A stretch of DNA of 64,000 nt from an uncultured Chroococcidiopsis sp. Its GTDB lineage: Bacteria > Cyanobacteriota > Cyanobacteriia > Cyanobacteriales > Chroococcidiopsidaceae. Location of the stretch: contig CAXTYC010000001.1 in the NCBI GenBank assembly GCA_964248365.1, positions 64,001 to 128,000 on the forward strand. The letters run 5' to 3'. Made by a program: the position numbers and the translations under genes. Under the pieces are notes generated by a model, which saw only the letters and a program-made list of their open reading frames with translations, searched no databases and was not told where the DNA came from. This document shows, piece by piece, positions 59,615-64,000 of this stretch (its first letter is position 1; every line of letters begins with the position of its first letter).

Positions 59615-61573
59615 CTAAAGTTGCCTATTATCCCCTTGTCTCCTTGTCTCCTTGTCGGGTTGTCTCTTATCTCCTGTCTCTTGATTAGAACTGGGAGTTG
59701 CCATAACTCTAGGCTGAGTCGGCGGCATCCGGTCAAGTGAGATAATTGTACTCATGATTGACTTGGCAACTGGGGCAGCGACGGTGGAACCGAAAATTAA
59801 TTCTCCTTTCTTCCTTGGCTTCGGCTCGTCTACTACAACTAATACTACATATCGTGGGGATTCTACTGGCAGGATGCCAACAAAACTGGTAATGTAGGCA
59901 TCTTTATAGTAGCCACCCTTGGAACTAGCCTTTTGTGCCGTGCCAGTTTTTCCAGCTATGCGATAGCCAGAAATTTCTGCTGTTTTGCCTGAACCCTGCT
60001 TTACCACCGTTTCCATCATATCTAGCACGGTCTTTGTTGTCTGTGGCGAGAAGATCTGACGCGGTGCTGGTAGTGTGGGTTGTGAGTCAGGCTGACCTTT
60101 AGCGTCGAATAAGCCTCGTACTACATGAGGCGTGACGAGTTTACCGCCATTGGCTATAGCTGCGTGTAGTTGTACCAGTTGGATGGGCGTGAGAGAAAAT
60201 CCTTGCCCAAAGGATGCCGTTGCTGATTCTATGGGGTAAGTGACAAACTGCTTTTGACTTTTAATTTGACTTTTTGCCTCGAAAGGCAAATCTATATTTA
60301 CAGATTGCCCTAGTCCTAGCTTTTTCAACCAACTATAGTATTCGGCAGGTTGTAGTCTTTGCATGACTTGCACCATACCTACATTGCTAGAGCGTTGTAG
60401 AATCTGAGCTATAGAAAGCTGTGCTGGTTTATTGTGTTCAGCATTTGTGATGACTCGATCGCCTACTTTGATCATGCCAGGATCGGGGAATGTGGCAGTG
60501 GGTGTAATTGCTTTTGTTTCCAGTGCGATCGCTACGTTTAAAGGCTTGAATGTCGAACCTGGTTCATAAAGGTCTGACAATGCCCAATTTCTAAATAATC
60601 CCACCTTATACTTATAGTACTCATTCGGGTCAAAGGATGGTTCATCTGCCATAGCGAGTATGGAACCATCTTGCACATCCATCACAATTACGCTGCCACG
60701 CTTTGCCTGGAATTGTTGTAATTGCTGCTTGAGGGCTAAAGAGGCGGTTCGCTGTAGGCGACTGTCAAGAGTTAATTGTAACCGCAGGTCGTCAACATGG
60801 ACAAATCCCTTGGGTACGTAATAACTAATTATCCTTTTGTTGTTTGTTTGTCGTAACTGGGTTATTTTAATTGGGCGTTCCAGCCATTTCTGTTGGCTAA
60901 ACTCCACACCCGCCTGACCATGACGTTCAGTATCCACATAACCGACCACATCTGCAACTAAGTTGTGTTGAGGGTAGAAGCGAGAGTAGTGTTGCTCCCA
61001 TTCTAAGCAGTTGAGTTGCAATTGCTTGATAGAATTGGCAGTCTCCTCTGGGAGCGCCGAGCCAATTTTGATGCGTTTATCACTGGAGTTAAGTTGTTTT
61101 AGCAGTTCCTCGCGTGAACGATTGAGATAGTCAGCCAACTTGTATGCCTTGTTTTTATTCTCTTGGGCTTCTTTCTCTTTTTTGGTTGCTTGAAACACTT
61201 TGGGATAGGCGTACAGCGTAAAAATTGGTCGATCCATTGCTAATACACTGTTATTGCGATCCACAATTGGACGGCGAGGATTTAAGCTTCGTAAAGAAAC
61301 CATCTGCCTATTTTGTGCTTCCTTTAGTAGAGAGGAAGATTTAAGTACTTGCAGATCGTACAACTTCACAGCCATTGCCACACTAGCTACCACCAGCACA
61401 CCCCAAACACACAGTAGCCGAAATAAGGGCAATGGTGAGCCAGTTGACTGCCCCAGAGGTGGAATAGCCCCTTTTTGGCGACGACGCTGTGCCTGGGATG
61501 GTGTGTTTATCCGGCTAGCTGAGGCACGTCGTTTGCGATTAACACCAGAGGACGGAGGAACCGGAGTAGGCAT
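59615..61573 (-). CDS. ftsI: Class B penicillin-binding protein (FtsI)
   Basis: TM anchor, EPGSTFK (SxxK), SSN, KTGTAQ; downstream of an ftsL-like gene. Confidence 0.88.
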   Translation of the reverse strand: MPTPVPPSSGVNRKRRASASRINTPSQAQRRRQKGAIPPLGQSTGSPLPLFRLLCVWGVLVVASVAMAVKLYDLQVLKSSSLLKEAQNRQMVSLRSLNPRRPIVDRNNSVLAMDRPIFTLYAYPKVFQATKKEKEAQENKNKAYKLADYLNRSREELLKQLNSSDKRIKIGSALPEETANSIKQLQLNCLEWEQHYSRFYPQHNLVADVVGYVDTERHGQAGVEFSQQKWLERPIKITQLRQTNNKRIISYYVPKGFVHVDDLRLQLTLDSRLQRTASLALKQQLQQFQAKRGSVIVMDVQDGSILAMADEPSFDPNEYYKYKVGLFRNWALSDLYEPGSTFKPLNVAIALETKAITPTATFPDPGMIKVGDRVITNAEHNKPAQLSIAQILQRSSNVGMVQVMQRLQPAEYYSWLKKLGLGQSVNIDLPFEAKSQIKSQKQFVTYPIESATASFGQGFSLTPIQLVQLHAAIANGGKLVTPHVVRGLFDAKGQPDSQPTLPAPRQIFSPQTTKTVLDMMETVVKQGSGKTAEISGYRIAGKTGTAQKASSKGGYYKDAYITSFVGILPVESPRYVVLVVVDEPKPRKKGELIFGSTVAAPVAKSIMSTIISLDRMPPTQPRVMATPSSNQETGDKRQPDKETRRQGDNRQL

Positions 61574-61589
61574 CTTGAGATTTATCAAG

Positions 61590-61755
61590 TGTGAAGGATG
61601 AAGTTATAAGGATGAAGTGTAAAGGATGAAGTGTGAAGTGTGAAGTGTGAAGTGTGAAGTATGAAGTATGAAATTTAATCTTTTTGCCTTTAGCCTTCAA
61701 CCTTCATCCTTTAACCTTTCCCTTTCCCCTTTTCCCTTTTCCCTTTTCCCTTTCT
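61590..61755. repeat. STRR-like heptamer tracts (GTGTGAA/GGATGAA and TTCCCTT)
   Basis: gtgtgaa tandem run then ttccctt tandem run. Confidence 0.8.
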
Positions 61756-62229
61756 TTAGTAGCCTAGTGGGAGCGAGGTTGATTGGGTATTTTGGGCAGA
61801 GGTGGCTGTAGCCAGATGAATTGATTTGTTAGCGCCCATAGGATGTCTAGTTACTGGCTGTAAGACAATGGCATCTGCCGGATTGGGCAGAACGAGTCCC
61901 ATATCTGGATGCCCAGCTTGCTGTGCTAGGTCGTCTTTGATTACTTCATTAGTTCTCATTAGCTGCCGTTCGTAGAGTTGCAAGTTTTCTAGCTTACTGT
62001 AAGCCTGACTCCACTTTTGTTGAGAATATACTGTCCAACCATACACCGTCAGCATTGCTATCACTAATAGCCAACTGACCGCACAAAAGCGTTGTTGCAA
62101 GTGAGATATACGTATCAGCCATAAAGGTAATGAGCGCGATCTTTGTGGAAACTGAACAGTTTGATTTTTCGCTTTCGGTGTAGTTTGTCGCTTGTGAGAA
62201 GAAGTCGGGGGTTTAGAAGCAACAGCCAT
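61756..62229 (-). CDS. FtsL-like cell division protein
   Basis: Basic N-tail, one TM (VYGWTVY), coiled coil; upstream of ftsI. Confidence 0.65.
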   Translation of the reverse strand: MAVASKPPTSSHKRQTTPKAKNQTVQFPQRSRSLPLWLIRISHLQQRFCAVSWLLVIAMLTVYGWTVYSQQKWSQAYSKLENLQLYERQLMRTNEVIKDDLAQQAGHPDMGLVLPNPADAIVLQPVTRHPMGANKSIHLATATSAQNTQSTSLPLGY

Positions 62230-62918
62230 AATTAGTCACTCATAAATTGAGCAGGAGTTACCAGCCATTAGTTTATTACTTTTGGCATAATTGCGGGGCT
62301 AAAATTTGCTCCCCAGCCGATCGCCAGATTCAGTTATCAGTTTCCAGTTTCCAGTTATCAGTTACCCCCACTCAAAACTTCCACCTGAAGGTAAATAGAT
62401 AGTATAGTAGCTCAATACCTGTAAGCAATGACTCTTTACCCCCACTCTTGAGTAACACAAAAAGGTAAATATTCGGAAGTAAAAACAATAATTTTTGAAA
62501 CACAACAGCAGGTAACTGTGCGCCTGGAGACTGATAACTGGGAAAGACGTAGCACAAGCTCGTCTCTACTCGAAACTGGTAACTGATAACTGTTCACTAA
62601 TGGGGGTGGGGGTCACTCGACCTTGAGGATTTATTAAATTTATGTCTTTGGGAGGAAGATATTTCTACGTTATAGCGTATTTAATGACTCTAAACTTAGG
62701 GGAGACTGAGCGTTGTACTTGAGGTATAAGCTTTCGTGTAAAGCTATTCATCCCAAGTTAATCAAACTAAAAAATCGTCAAAACCCCCGCTCCAGGCTGT
62801 ATAGAAGCCGTAAAATCTAGCCGCATTAATTAAACTGATGTAAAAAAAGTCAACAAATGCGGTATCGTGATCAACGAGCGGCTCGTTCATTATTACCGCA
62901 TTTGGTGAAAGAGGAGTT

Positions 62919-63104
62919 ATGAACAAAAAAGTAGTTAGTTTAGCTCTAGCACTATTATTAGGTGGCGTTTTAGCAGCTTGCGAAGGAGGCGGTGGAGGTG
63001 GTACTGGTGGCGGCGGTGCAGGTAGCGGTGCAGGTGGTGGTGCAGGTGGTACTAGCCCTTCTCCAGCCGAATCCCCATCTCCAGCTACCTCACCTTCACC
63101 CTAG
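62919..63104 (+). CDS. Small Gly/Ser/Pro-rich lipoprotein
   Basis: RBS gaggag; signal peptide with lipobox LAAC; Gly-rich then SP-repeat tail. Confidence 0.8.
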   Translation: MNKKVVSLALALLLGGVLAACEGGGGGGTGGGGAGSGAGGGAGGTSPSPAESPSPATSPSP

Positions 63105-63791
63105 TAGTTAAGCAAACGCTCGCTCCTCACAATCTTGCACCTGATCTCTCCTGCACCTCGCCAACCCCTAGCTATACTAGTTGAAATGGGCAAGTTTTAT
63201 CAGCCTTTCGCTACTATTGCATCAGGCATCACGGCAGGAGAGGTTTTTCTCAATTAGGGTAGCAAGATCGCACCCTAGTCGCTAATCTTCCTAATCTTCT
63301 CCATCCCTCCCATTTTCCTAATTCTCGCTCGCTGAGGGAAAATAATCGCCCCTCTTCTAGCCCATGTAAGGTATAAATCAAAATTATTCTTCCAGGGAGC
63401 GCCTTCAAATGGTTGTACTCCCGCTAGATATTTATCTTAACTAGGTGAAAAAATCTTCTTGAATTCATTTAAGACAAAGTTGATAACTTGCCTTGAATTT
63501 CTAGAATTGACTTGCCAAATTCCTATAGTTTAGCGTTGATAGACATCATGTTTTCTCCTTTGGTTGAGAAAGATGATTTAAGAAGTAGCAAATGAGCCTT
63601 GTAAAAGCCAGATTAAGTGCTCCTCCGACAGGAATGTTAACTATTTGCATGATCCCAATTTAATCGGTTATAGGTAGGGGAGGGTTTAACAAAAAACTCG
63701 CCTTGACAACAAATATTTTTCCTCCTAAGCGCCCCTGCAATATATTCGTGCAAGAGGTCTATTTTAACACCATCGGATTGCAAAAAAATTC

Positions 63792-64000
63792 ATGAAAGTT
63801 CGCAAGGCTGTGATTCCAGCGGCTGGTTTTGGTACTCGTTTGTTTCCAGCTACCAAAGCTATCAAAAAAGAATTTTTCCCGATTATTGACAATGATGGTA
63901 GGGCTAAGCCTGTAATTTTGGCAATTGTGGAAGAAGCGATTAGTGGGGGTATAGAAGAAATTGGGATTGTGGTGCAAAGGAGCGATCGCGCCCTATTTCA
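63792..64000 (+). CDS. UTP--glucose-1-phosphate uridylyltransferase-like nucleotidyltransferase (5' part)
   Basis: [31 protein letters not shown]; runs off the window. Confidence 0.88.
   Translation, partial: MKVRKAVIPAAGFGTRLFPATKAIKKEFFPIIDNDGRAKPVILAIVEEAISGGIEEIGIVVQRSDRALF

Noticed and set aside
59364..59618. 84-aa plus-strand ORF
   Set aside because: Largely antisense to the helicase start, no recognisable family
63759..63977. 72-aa minus-strand ORF
   Set aside because: Antisense shadow of the nucleotidyltransferase gene starting at 63792
1..64000. Frequent GCGATCGC octamers as a novel signal
   Set aside because: This is the well-known cyanobacterial HIP1 sequence

Overview
Cyanobacterial chromosomal window (dense HIP1 GCGATCGC octamers, heptamer STRR tracts, GTAG-type REP-like palindromes, HLIPs, cruFG, Uma2 paralogs; lineage likely Nostocales/Chroococcidiopsis-like). 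Housekeeping genes (ubiD, purS/purQ, Fur-family regulator, phosphoketolase, cruF/cruG, rnhA, ftsI, ftsL-like, start of a galU-like gene) are interleaved with accessory loci. The most notable are: (i) a three-gene operon MMADHC-like, Cas4-like PD-(D/E)XK nuclease, long Argonaute with an intact DEDD tetrad, lying divergent from an XRE-HTH plus ImmA/IrrE peptidase pair with palindromes in the shared intergenic region; (ii) a five-gene overlapping operon of coiled-coil protein, OmpA-domain membrane protein, Ras/Rab-like small GTPase, catalytically degenerate class III cyclase and histidine kinase; (iii) a standalone SF2 helicase-HNH fusion; (iv) a glutaminase pseudogene with a precise 122-bp internal inversion; (v) 45-49 nt hairpin insertions of shared architecture inside two genes; (vi) a duplicated phosphoketolase 3' end bracketing a small cassette; and several candidate sRNAs. 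All family calls come from motif recognition by eye; no database searches were run.
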